DNA from: Lama glama
Taxonomy: Eukaryota
DNA length: 64,000 bases
NCBI GenBank assembly: GCA_028534125.1
Contig: CM052817.1
Coordinates: forward strand, 83,516,001 to 83,580,000
Reading direction: 5' to 3'
Shown: one piece after another, positions 24,931 through 36,600 of the stretch
How the letters are laid out: the number at the start of each line of letters is the position of its first letter
Position numbering within the stretch: the first letter of the stretch is position 1
Made by a program: the position numbers and the translations under genes
The notes under the pieces: generated by a model
Seen by the model: only the letters and a program-made list of their open reading frames with translations
Told to the model about the DNA's origin: nothing
The model's database searches: none

Positions 24931-27467
24931 CTAGATCTAAGTGTCTAAATACCATTCCCCACTTAAAAAAAAATCTCCTTTGATAAATGGCTGATTATAA
25001 ATTTGGAGCAGGGAAAGTACACATGAGTCTGGAATATCTTACTGTCTCAGAAAACAAGGGAATCCTTAAAAATTGATGAAGACATTCAGAAGAGCCAGAA
25101 CAATTTTAGCATCAAAAAAAGAATAATTATGGAATGGACTATAACACATTAAGTATAAAAAGAATCCACAAGACCACAGTAATCCTTTAAAAATGTGGTA
25201 GAGGGGCCTCGTCTTTACAAAAGAATGCCAGCTAATAAGTGAAGAAGCAGTGCAAGAATGAGAAGATAAATATGGATCATCTATGAATACCAAAACTCTT
25301 GGTTAAAAAGTTGTTGAGTAATACAACCTTTACATCAATCAAAAAATTGTTTATTGATTATAAGTGGAAAGAGTTACTTTCACAGTGGAGAAAGCTGACA
25401 AACTCCACCTTAACCAAGTGGTTAAGCTATACGTCATCAATGATCAGGCAAACTGACATTATGTCGTGCACTGAAAGCAACAGCATATATGTAGCATTTG
25501 TGTCACAATGTTCAATCTGAATTCAGTCATGAGGAAACTGAGATAAATCCAAATGTAGACCATTCTACAAAACAACTGACTTGAACTCTCCATAAATGTC
25601 AAGTCAAGCCCTTCAGCTGCCCCCAAAAAAGACTGGTAGTATGTTCAAGATAAAAAATTAAAGAGACATGACAGCTAAATGCAACAAATAATTGTTGGTT
25701 GGCTCTTGTTTTTTTCCTTAGAAAGCTATTAAGATATTATTGAACAATTTGAAAATTTGAAAATATGGGCCATTTACTAGGTAATACTGATGTATCAGTA
25801 AGATTAAGGATAATGGTATTGTGGTTGTATTTTTAAATGTCCTAAAATATTAAGACTAAAGCAACATGCATCTGCAAATTATTTTCAAATGACTTGGAAA
25901 AACAGAGTATGAATGTAGAAAAATGCTAACTGATTAATTTTAAGTGAAGGGCATATAAGTGTTCATTGTACTGGTCTTCCAACTTCTCTGTAGGTTTGAG
26001 ATTTTTCAGAATTAAAAAAAATCAAGAAATAATACATCACATTCCCTGGCCATTCTTTACAAACTGTAATCCTTATGGACTTTCAACCCACCATGTTTAC
26101 TATCATATAAAGTGCTTCTTTGGAAACATTTGTTGGTTTCCTTATAATCTGAATATAAAGTATCATCAAAAACTGTGCTTGGAATGCTGCTATGAGAGCA
26201 CCATGTCTTTGACCTAATGTTGATAGTAGCTGTATTTTGTATCCAATATCAACATTTTGTTTAAAATCTTGAATTTCTAGACTATACACATTGAGATTAT
26301 ATCTTAATTGACTCAGGTCCCTCTCCTGGCTCTATGTGTAACTGATACTCATAGATAAATCTAATTTGGATCAATTTCCCATGTATTTTCCACCACTAAA
26401 ATTAAATATGCTTTGTTTTTATCTATTCATATAATTATCAAGATCTTCTTATAGTTTATCCCAAAGTAATTAGAATTCCCCAAATAGTTTAGCAACAAGT
26501 GATAGCTTCAAATATAAAGATGTCATTGTCCATGCCTGCTTTCCATTATTTATAAGTTGCTAAACTTGTCTAGCCGTAGCTTTGGTCTTGGAGGCCCATA
26601 CTGTTCACAATTATCTTCCCAGAGACTTTTTGTTTTATGTTTCTATTCTTTCTATACTATTCTTTACACCTTTTAAATAGTCTGTCCCTCTCATCACTTT
26701 GTCCCATTGTAACAATGGGAAATTTCATGAAAGGCTTTTTGAATGATAAAACAGATTATGTACCATTTCTGTATGCCCTCATTCATATATATCCCCCCAA
26801 ATAAATATGAGCCAGATGTAATAACCTTAAATAAGTTGTGCTGTCTTCCCCTCATGGAAAACATCTGCTTAAGCGTTCTAAATTCCATGTGGTCCACTGA
26901 GATCAGAAGACTGGCACTCTGTGCAGCCATTGCCTTATTTCCTCTTAGGTTTTATCTCATTTCCTTAATTCTCATTTATGTGGCTACATCATCATTATTT
27001 TTTATGTTTGTTTTTTTTTTTTACCACTTCTCTATGTCATTATTTATATTTAAACCATGAGAGACTAAAAGATACTGAACAAAAGCATAGGGATTTTGTA
27101 GCACTTCTGTCTATTCTGCACATTCTTATGGTTCACCTCACTTTCATCTGTGTGATGTCCTGAAAGGTTCAATGAAGGGTGGTGCAGTCCATGATGAAAC
27201 AGCAGCACTACCAGCAGCTCACACAATCACACAGAACCCAAGAGTGTTTATAACATGTTCCTGTATTCTATGACTGAGTTGTATCTTCCACCTCAAAAAG
27301 TTAGGGTTGTTACCAGTGGTCTCTATGCCACTTAATTAATCCAAGCTCCCGAAGAAGGGAGCCAAGGAAACAAGTTGGTGGAAAATAGAACCCTTCCCAC
27401 CTATTTGGTCTAAGGATTTACATACATAAAGGACTTGGATCCAGGCAAATAAAACTTCATCCACCTA

Positions 27468-27491
27468 TCTACCTATCTCTCTTTCTTTGTC

Positions 27492-27527
<36 letters not shown>

Positions 27528-27528
27528 T

Positions 27529-27586
<58 letters not shown>

Positions 27587-27706
27587 TTCCTTCCTTCCTT
27601 CCTTCCTTCCTTTCTTTCTTCCTTTCTTTCTTTCTTTCTTCCTTTCTTTCTTTCTTTCTTCCTTTCTTTCTTTCTTCCTATCTCTCTATCCATCCATCCA
27701 TCCATC
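27468..27706. repeat. Compound microsatellite (TTTC)n/(TTCC)n/(TCCA)n
   Basis: Directly visible; about 190 nt of it is purine-free on the + strand. Confidence 0.98.
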
Positions 27707-29039
27707 ACTTCACACATTTATTAAATGTAGGATGAAAAAGCCTGAGTGTAGGTTAAGTGACCTGGGAAATGACAAGAGTGTATCAATAGGACATCAGATC
27801 ATTGGGGTATAGATGCTCCTGTTAAGTGCCAGTGGGACAGAAATGGGAACATTCTGAGACAGGGCAGAGCCAGGTGGGTCAGAGCTGACAGCCAATTCCT
27901 AATAAAGTGACCAGGATCCCTAGTTTTACGGTAAGTTGAAGATCAAACAAGATGTCCCCACTGGTTAGGACAACAGAACAGGAACCAAGTGATAGAGGGC
28001 TTTAAAAGCATTTTTTAATGATAACACAATAGTACGCATTTAAGAGTACTCATTAAATTGTTGTTATGATAAATGATATGCATGATAAAAAGTCAGGAAT
28101 GCTAAATTGTTATAAGCTTGCCATTGCACCCCCTCAGTGTCTAGAAGAGCATACAAACAGGTATAGATCATTAGTAGAAAAGAACACAATCTAATCAGAA
28201 TTCAATCATGAGTATACTTAGAATCCAGCCAGTATGAAACATTTATTTACTATCTACATTACATAGGCTAGTGTAGACTCAGAAGTCCTATTTCTCTTCC
28301 TTAATCTTCTCAGCCTTCCCTCCCACCTTGCATTTATTCCAACCTGCCCCTGCTAGGGATCCCATCGTTCTGGTGTCTTATGGACAAGGCCGTTTAAGGT
28401 CTATTTTTGGCTCCATTTTCTAGGACAATGATGGATCCTCAAATTCTTCCTAAAGGAGCAGCTTACTCAACAAACAAAGCTCTCCAGATTGTTGATAGTA
28501 ACTTCGGTCTATCTTTATGATAAACATCCCCTCCTAAATGATGAGAAACTGAAAGAAAACTGAAGAAAGCTTATCTGTCTAGGTGGAGAGTAAAGACTAG
28601 ATCAAGATACTTCTATAATTTTTAAAATCTAGACAGCCTATATATGTATTGTCCTGGGAGGTAGAAGGACAAAATTATGTCTGATGTGTTAAGGGCAGAC
28701 AATTATTAAGACTCCACTCATGCTTTCACCCATGTTGTCTTTTTCCTAAGGCAGAGTCCACAAATGGTCACCACTTTAGATCTGCAAGGGCAGAGCAATG
28801 CTGGCATGAACAACTGAAGCAACTGGAAATGTTAGAGAAGGAAAAGGTTTTTGGAAATTCTCCAAACACTCGCATTCCACTTCATTTCTCTGTTCAGTAC
28901 TGGATTCCACTGTGCAATATCCTTGGCAGGAATCCTGAAACCTCTTTTGATAAATTCCTCCTATGACGGACAGTGTTGTCACACTAGTAAGTCTTCTTTT
29001 ATAATGTGTTAAGTGCTGTGATCCACCACTCCAATCCCT

Positions 29040-29442
29040 CTTCTCTCTGCACCCTCCCTGTCCCTTTTAGGAGGGAGGCATCCCTTCCCAATCCTGCTAG
29101 GAATATTGACAGTGGAGGCTTTCAGTTGAGTCCAGAAACTGTCCTCGGCTAAAGAGAGTCACTTTGCCACACCTCTTTTCTAGGTTGAACTGATAAGAGG
29201 ATACAAAGGCCTGTCCCTCTTGCCTCAACTCAGGACAACTCTGCAGATCATCCCATGTCAAGCCCATGGGATTGGAAGAGGCCTTTGCTGAGACTGCATT
29301 ACATTTCAGCTTTTTACTCTGCCCAACCCTGCTTCCTTCACTCTCCCCACACTTGTTGATCCCAACAGCACTTCCTGATAGACTTCCTACATAGAAATTT
29401 CCATCTCAGACTCAGTTTCCCAAGGCACCCAACATGCAATAT
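29040..29442 (+). mobile_element. ERVL LTR (LTR16/LTR33-like)
   Basis: CTCTGCCCAACCCTGCTTCCTTCAC...GTTGATCCC...CCATCTCAGACTCAGTTTCCCAAGGCACCCAAC end motif. Confidence 0.7.
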
Positions 29443-29765
29443 AAAGTATAAATCTTCCTTCATATAAAAAAGTCTACTTGTCCTAATTCTAACCTCAGAA
29501 ACTGTACTGGATAAAACAATCTCTGTTCCACATGATGGCCTTTTAGACATTTGAAGGCAGTTATTATGTGCCTGGGGGTGAAAGTGCCAATCTTGATAGA
29601 GTTTGTGAGAAGGGAGAGGCACCAGACAATGTAATATGGCTTTACGGCCAGAAGAGTGTGGTATCTTGGAAACCATGCCTGCATTAGAGCTGCCAAGAGA
29701 TACTCCCACCCACAGGACCAACTGGTTCCATAAACAGTTTCCCATAACCAACCTTGAAAACACTC

Positions 29766-30205
29766 TGTATTAGTTTTCTATTATGCAAACAGTCCTGTAT
29801 GGAAAATTCCCACAAACTTAGTGGCCTTAAATAACCCCCACTTATTAGCTCGGCCATACTATAGGTCACAAGTCCAGGAGGGCTCGACTAGATTCTCTGC
29901 TTAGGATCTCACAAGGTAAAAATCCATGTTTCAGCTGGGCTGATATATTACCTGAAGGGTCTGTGAACAACCTCTCCTGAGCTTGTTCAGGTTGTTGGCA
30001 AAATTTAGTTTTTTACAGTTGTAGGACTGAGTTATCCATTTCCTTGCAGGCTGTCAGTTATGGACCACTTTCTGGTTTTAGAGGCTCTTCTCCCACAGTC
30101 CTCTCCATCTCCAAATCAGTGATGTCCTCAACAGTTCTTCTCATGCACATCTCTCTAACTTCCTCCTCTGCTATCAGCCAGAGAAAGGTTTTTGCTTTCA
30201 AGGGC
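29766..30205 (-). mobile_element. MaLR LTR (MLT1D/E-like)
   Basis: TGTATTAGTTTTCTATT...CCACAAACTTAGTGGC...TTCAGGTTGTTGGCAAAATTTAGTT...GTTGTAGGACTGAG. Confidence 0.8.
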
Positions 30206-31269
30206 AAACAAGTAGCTATAGATATATCTCACTTAAAGAAAATATGACACATGTAAAATCCAGAATTATGAAAACATAATTGAATAGTGATCTATAATAC
30301 TATGGACTTTTCACAAAATTTAAATTCAGAAGGAAACGTTATCTAATCCTTTCAAACAAAAGATAAATGGTAAAAACTTAAAGTAGTAATTACCTGAAAT
30401 AGTTACAAAATAACTTCTGTATATAAAAGACTTATAATGGGCTTTCTTTAAAAAGCAGGATACCCATGTATCCTTAAATGACACAAAAGGCTGCAAAACT
30501 ATTTATGTATATCTGAGAATGGAAATCTAAAATAGATGATAATTGAAAAATTTCGTATGCAGAATGCCAACTTCAAATTATTCTTTTTACATACTTAAAT
30601 TTGAATATATCTTGATTCTAAAAGTAATATATACTTGTTATTTTACATTTTGAAAAAATACAGAAAAGCATAAAGGAGTAAAATTAAAATCACTCAATTT
30701 TACTTCCAGATGCAATCATTTTTAAGATTCGGTGAATATTCATCCAATCAATTCCTAACTGAAAGCTGTTAAGCATTCTATTTAAATTTCCTTTTAATAA
30801 ATACATGTTAGTTCACTGTATTAATGGACTTGAACCAACTTAAGCATTACATTAACTTTGGATATTTATACTTTTTAAATACTTGCTATGACAACATACT
30901 GTGATGAACATCATGATCTTAACTTTTTTATCATTTCCTTGGGGTTAATTTCTGAATCAAAAGAATTGAACATTTTCAGATTCTTGAAACTTTTGGACTC
31001 AAGGACACCAGGCAGAGTGTAGGGCAGAGATGAGATCCTCCTTATTCACCTGCTTCATCCACTTGGCTCCCAGACCACTGGCAGCCAGGGTTCAAGAAAC
31101 TGAGTCAAGAGAAAAGTTATACAGGTAATGTCATTAGAAAATCCTACAATGCATAGTCAAGTCCCATATAATAACCCTACATCTTAAAATTAATCCATTA
31201 CTGTTTATAATATACCTGTAATATATAATCAATAGTACCCTATAACTCAAACTATACTTTCCAGTCTCT

Positions 31270-32370
31270 TCTCTATTTATCCACCATTATAGTATCGTAC
31301 AGAATACTTTTCACTGCCGTAAAAATCCTCTATGCTCTGCCTCTTCATTCCCTCCTCAAGCAATCACCAATCTTTTTACTGTCTCCATAGTGTTGCCTTT
31401 TCCAGAGTGCCATGTAGTTGGAATTACAAAATGTGTTGCCTTTTCAGATTGGCTTCTTTCACTTGTTTCCTCCATGTCTTTTCATGGACAGCTCATTTGT
31501 TTTTAGCACTAAATAATATTCCATTGTCTGGATTTATTTATCCATTCACCTACTGAAGGACATCTTGGTTGCTTCCCGGATTTGGCAATTATGAAAAAAC
31601 CTTCTATAGACATCCTTGTGCAGGCTTTCGTGTGAACATAAGTTTCAACTCATTTGGTAAATACCACAGAACATGATTGCTGGATTTTATGGTAAAAGTC
31701 TGTTTAATTTTGTACAAAACTGCACAACTGTTTTCCAAAGTGGCTTTACCATTTTGTATTCCCACCAGTGATGAGTAAGCACTCCTGTTGCTCCACATCC
31801 TCAGCAGCATGGTGTTGCCAGTGTTTTGGATTTCAGCCATTCCAATAGGTGTGTAGTCTACGGCCATACCATCCTAAACCCGCCTGATTCCGTCTAACAG
31901 GTGTGTAGTGAAATCTCATTGTTGTGTTAATTGGCAATTCCCTAATGACATATGATATGGGGCATCTTTTCATATCTTGTTTGCTATCTGAGTATCTTCT
32001 TCAGTGAGGTGTTCAGGTCTCTTGCCCATTTTGAAAAATCAAGCTGTTCCTTTTCTTACTGTTGACTTTCAGGAGTTCTTTGTATATTTTTTTGGTTACC
32101 TTTTGCAAATATTTCCCCCGAGGCTGTGGCTTGTTTTCTTATTATCTTGACACCATCTTTGCAGAGGAGTTTTTTATTTTAGTGAAGTCCAGTTTATCAA
32201 TTATTTCTCTCATACGTTGTGCTTTTTGGTGTCCTATTTAAAAGGTCATCATCCTTTAAAATGGTTAAAATGGTGAACTTTATGTTACACGAATTTTACC
32301 ACAATAAAAAACTAAGACAAAAATAAAAGTCATCATCATACCCAAGGTCATCTAGATTTTCTCCTGTGTA
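31270..32370 (-). mobile_element. Old L1M (L1MA/MB-like) 3' fragment hosting the 5S fragment and a small opposite-strand L1 tail
   Basis: TTTATCCATTCACCTACTGAAGGACATCTTGGTTGCTTCC, CCAAAGTGGCTTTACCATTTTGTATTCCCACCAG and TGAAGTCCAGTTTATCAATT motifs. Confidence 0.88.
31856..31895 (+). pseudogene. 5S rRNA 5' fragment (about nt 1-40), tailless retropseudogene inserted in an old L1
   Basis: GTCTACGGCCATACCATCCTAAACCCGCCTGATTCCGTCT matches the recalled mammalian 5S 5' end (GTCTACGGCCATACCACCCTGAACGCGCCCGATCTCGTCT) at 34/40. Flanked by the direct repeat AAYAGGTGTGTAGT (31844-31857 and 31896-31909). Confidence 0.85.
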
Positions 32371-32579
32371 ATATAGTCTAGCTTCAAGTATATTTTTAAA
32401 GCAAATAGAGCCCCCAAAGAGAATAAAGGGTCCACACTTGGCAGGTCAGCCACCACTTTTTATTTATCGTTTTATCTCCAAAGACTGATATTCAGCTTGG
32501 CACACAGCATATAATCAATAAGTATATGTTTACCTGGATAGGTGAATGTAAACGGCTTCTTTAGTCAGAATTTAAACTC

Positions 32580-33620
32580 CCACCGATAATGGGCACCCAG
32601 CTCACCTCTCTTACTCAGTTTTCGGCCTGCCCGGGAGCAGCTGGGGCTTCGGAGTCCCTTCAGTGCCTCCCCCAGGCCACAGATGTTCGTGGCCCGCCAA
32701 GCTGCATGCAGGTGGTGACTTCCTCTGCGGGGGGTGGTGCCCGGACACCAGCGTCCCTCGCCTGGGACAGCCTTGCTGTCCAGGAAGGAAGAGTGAAGAG
32801 CACTAGGTGGCGAAAGAGCGCAGCCCGGGCGGCCCGGCTGGAGGCGCTCGACGGCAAGCCCCGGGCGCCAGGGATCCTCCTGTCCTGGGTGCTCGGACAA
32901 CTTAGAGAGGCGAGGGGCCCCAGACGTGGAAGAGGGGCACTCCGGACTTGGCCCGCCCCGGCAGGGTGGCGGCCGACAGACCGCCCACCTGCCCGGGTCC
33001 TCCGGCGCCAAGGTGGCCGCGCCGCCAGCCGCAGGGCTCCAAGATCCGCGCGGCTTAGCCGGAGGGTGAAGGAAAGAAAGAGCCGTGGCTGACACCGCCG
33101 CCCTTCAGTCCCAGGTTTTTGCGCGACGGAAACGGGCAGCCTTTTCCTCCAGCTCTCGGTTTCCCGGGGGCGACTCGAGCCGTGCTCGAAGCGGACGGCG
33201 CCGCGAGCGCCGGGGGTGAGACCTCGCGGTCTCCCGCGCCTGTTACCTATTGTACGCCTCTGCAGCGAGTCTCAAGTGGGCATGTTTCAGGTGGGCAGGT
33301 CCAGCATCCCCAAACCTGCCCCCCGGAACCTGGAGGATCTGGACTCTGTGCAGCGCGTCCTCTTACACAGGTCAGTGCTGGGCCGGGGGCTCAGGGTAAG
33401 ACCGCCCTCCGTTCCCGAGGACGATGGCGAGGGGAGGGGCAACCTTTCTTTCCGGGGTCTTGAGGGACGAGTCTCTTTTGGGATTCGCCTTGGTGCGATG
33501 CTTGCCGCGGAAGGGGAGTTGGGACCTGCACTCCACCCTTTTCAGAATCGGATGCTCGGGATTTGCCGGGTCTCGCCGCTGGGAGTCTGACCCCGCGTGG
33601 GACCGGGTTACCCACCCCAC
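32580..33620. promoter_or_regulatory. CpG island, probable distal/alternative promoter of INTU
   Basis: Abrupt shift to very GC- and CpG-rich sequence in an AT-rich background. Contains GC-box-like motifs (GCCCGCCCC, CCGCCC) and a CTCF-like motif at 32800-32813. Confidence 0.85.
33282..33370 (+). CDS. INTU: Candidate alternative first coding exon of INTU (MFQVGRSSIPKPAPRNLEDLDSVQRVLLH-S)
   Basis: ATG with G at -3 inside the upstream CpG island, 29 codons plus 2 nt, then donor CAG|GTCAGT. Phase 2 joins exon 2 in frame (AG+T = Ser, then DLEPEW). No transcript evidence is available to me. Confidence 0.6.
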
Positions 33621-36600
33621 TTAAGAAAACACCACTTTCTAAAGAAGCGAAAAACAATTAAGCAAAACTGTTCTCTAAACACCTTTAGACTCTCTCTAGG
33701 AAAAAGAGCTGAGAGTTTGTTTGGACTTTGGTTGTGATTGGAATTAGAAGCAGCCACTTTTTAACAAATCTAAATTCTCCCCCGCAAACACCCTCCCCAC
33801 ACGCACGCGTGAGCGTCCACATAACTACACAAAAGAAATTTGAGTTCCTCTAGGAAGGATGAGAATCCCAACTTTCTGTAAACTGCTAATGTATTAATTT
33901 CCTTTGTCCAACCTTATACTTTATCTAAAATAGACTAACAAATATTAACTCGCATGGTAACGGTGATAGGTTTGTGGAAGAGAAAGAAGTTAAGAACCCA
34001 CATGGAGAACAAGTTCTCTTTCCATTTTAAGGTTAAGAGAGGATGGCTGAAGTGCCAGGCAGCTAATGCTGCTTTAACTCTAGGACAGCCTGGCTTTCCT
34101 AAGACATATTATGGGGAAACCTCTTTTAGAAATATATCAAAAGTATCTCTTCAATACGTTTGTGGTGAGAAAGAGTAAGTGGCTCTTAGTAAATATCTGT
34201 CAGGGGGAGGCTTATGTGAGTTCTCTCATCTGTAAACGTTTCAAGTGACCCTTTTAAGTCCTCGTACAAAACCATATGAGCTGTAGAAATCCTGTCCTGT
34301 TGGAAGTGTGAGTAAAAAAGAAAGACATTGTAAGAGGAAGAAATCGAGTCTCTTCGATTTAAAAGCTGTTTTCTGAAACCTGCAATTTTCCACAGTTGGT
34401 TTCCTTCCCCTCTCCCCTCAAGAGAGCCTCTGCCATATACAATAAAATATTAACAAATGAGCAGCTAAAAGGGGATTCTGCTAAATTCCCAGACAGCTCT
34501 CCCTGCATTTGATAGAATTACAGTCCAGGAGTAATCCCCCAAAGTATTAACTAGAAACTCATTCACAGCATGACTTTGATAAAGTCAGGAAGGGTTTTTG
34601 TTTTAAATGCTTAAAACCCTGGTGAAACAGAATTTCTTCATGTTTTAAATGTCAAGTGCCAAAAAATTCCAAACTGATTAACACTACAGGGTTTCAGATC
34701 CAAAGCATAAACCTGTCTAAATGAACCAGGGCAAAAGAATATATTTAAACTATAGCCATCAAGAAGGCTAAGGTGATTATTTCGGAAGTAAGTAGTGGAG
34801 TGTTTCTGGAATAAACCTGCTCAATATATGAAAAGCTACTTTATCTGAATTACAAATAACTGCTCCCACATTCTATAGGAACCAATGGAATCTGAAACTC
34901 AAGTGTCTTTGTCAGTATGATGGCTAACAATTCTCTGTTTTTAAGAAAATCTTTTTGCTTTTGCAATGCATTATTTTTATTAGTGGTTATTTACTATTTA
35001 ATGTTTTCAAATACTTGTTTAAAATTTTGAGATATCTATAGAGGTTTCTCTTGCACTTAATGAAGATAGATTTTTCACACAAGTTCATATTTAATCAAAT
35101 GTCTTTTACTTATGTATATAAAGATTTGTTCTGACATAATATAATAGAAATTAGAGAAATCAGATAGCCTTAAATTACACTCATCTACTCATCATAGTTC
35201 TCAGGCTGTAGACCAGTGCATGGCTTATTTTTTTAAATCAGTTTTACAAATTTTTTATGTTTTTCCTTTAAAACGTCCCTTATAAGATATCTACAAAATT
35301 TTGACAATTGCACTAAAGAGACCAGTAGCTTTGAGCCATAGAAAATGTATAAACAAGAGAAAATAGTCTGTTTTTATTTTTACATCTTATTTTAAAGATA
35401 ACTCTTCTGAGTATTTCTTTATTTACTTGTGTATCTTCTGTTGTAAATATGGTTTTCAAAATGTGAAGCATTAAATTGCTGTGCTTTTGAAAAAGATACT
35501 TCAGCCAAACCAAAATTGAAGCAAAGTTGCAAACTATTCTCTGCATGAAGTATTAGCTTCAAAATACGTCAATACTAAAATAAAAATAGCACAGCAAAAA
35601 AATTCAGCTGCCTGCTTTTTAATAAAAAGTTACATGTAGGTTGTCCAAGTCAGGGAAAAGCTTCAGTATTGCATTTCTCAGTTACTTTTACTTAAGTAAA
35701 TTAACAAATATATGTGTCATCTCGATTTTAAGAAGTACCCAAATAATCATATTAGCACTCAATAGAATTTTGCAAAGATTCTTAAAAAATTTATGCACAT
35801 GGCTACTCATTCCCTTGGAGTCCTATTTCTGTTGCATAGTACATAGTTGTGGGACTTGGCAAAATTTTGCTTGTCTATATTTTCCTGTTCTTTCTGTAGT
35901 ATAAAGGGATAATACCCACTTCACAGGGTGGTGATGTGAATTTCAGATGATATTTAAGTGCTCTATAAAACTAAAGTTCTGTTAAATAGGAAGGATTATG
36001 TTTACAGGGGTTTTAAAAAAATTAAAAGCAAGCACAAAAAGATAGCTATTCCTAAATGTTCTGAGAAAATTAAGCTAAGTGACTTTTGCCCACAGCCTCA
36101 AGGCTAATGTATGGTTCTGGTCCAGGCTAGAGTGCTGGCGTTTTGATACTACCTAAGCCAGCAGAGAAAGTGAGCTGAAGTTGAGTCTCTGAAAATGTTT
36201 GATGACCTGAATTTCATACTTTTGTCCACAGCAAAATTAGCATATTTAAAATACTCAAACATGGAAAACTCTCGGAAGGAAGAATATGCCCCGTTAGATA
36301 ATATTCCTGATGAATAAATAAAATATCCTTTTAAACTCAAAAAGTAAAAACCAAAATAAATAATAAAATCAAAGCTTTTAAGAATATAGCATATATCATA
36401 CACAGCTCTATTTCTTAAAGTGTAAGGTATTAGATTACAAAGGTTAGCTCATTTGTTTCTTGGCAACACTGCATAGTAGGCAGGGATTATAATTGCTGTC
36501 TTCAGAAGAAATTAATTTCCCATATTCTCTTGGTTATTAATGCCAGAATCAGGATGAGAACCTGGCTCCTCTGACTGAGGCATGCATGGGGTATCAGCCA

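Larger units (their letters stand above)
22630..26020 (+). mobile_element. Mosaic of old L1M (L1MC/ME-like) fragments with nested SINE and LTR
   Basis: L1 3'-end motifs (TGTTGATTATACCTCAAT, GGTAGTACAAACTGGTATAATCCACT, CTAAATACCATTC...AAATGGCTGATT, CTTCTCTGTAGGTTTGAGATTTTTCAGAATTAAAA). Confidence 0.7.

Noticed and set aside
27469..27735. KERK-rich and FLSF-rich ORFs
   Set aside because: Translations of the (TTTC)n microsatellite.
29338..29763. 141-aa minus-strand ORF (and 49791..50249, 38028..38426)
   Set aside because: They overlap LTR, MIR or MER relics, with no recognisable protein features or splice context.
32565..33657. Cluster of long overlapping ORFs (up to 176 aa) on both strands
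   Set aside because: Expected from stop-codon scarcity in a GC-rich island. The translations are Arg/Ala/Pro/Gly-rich with no recognisable domain. Only the 33282-33370 segment has splice and phase support.
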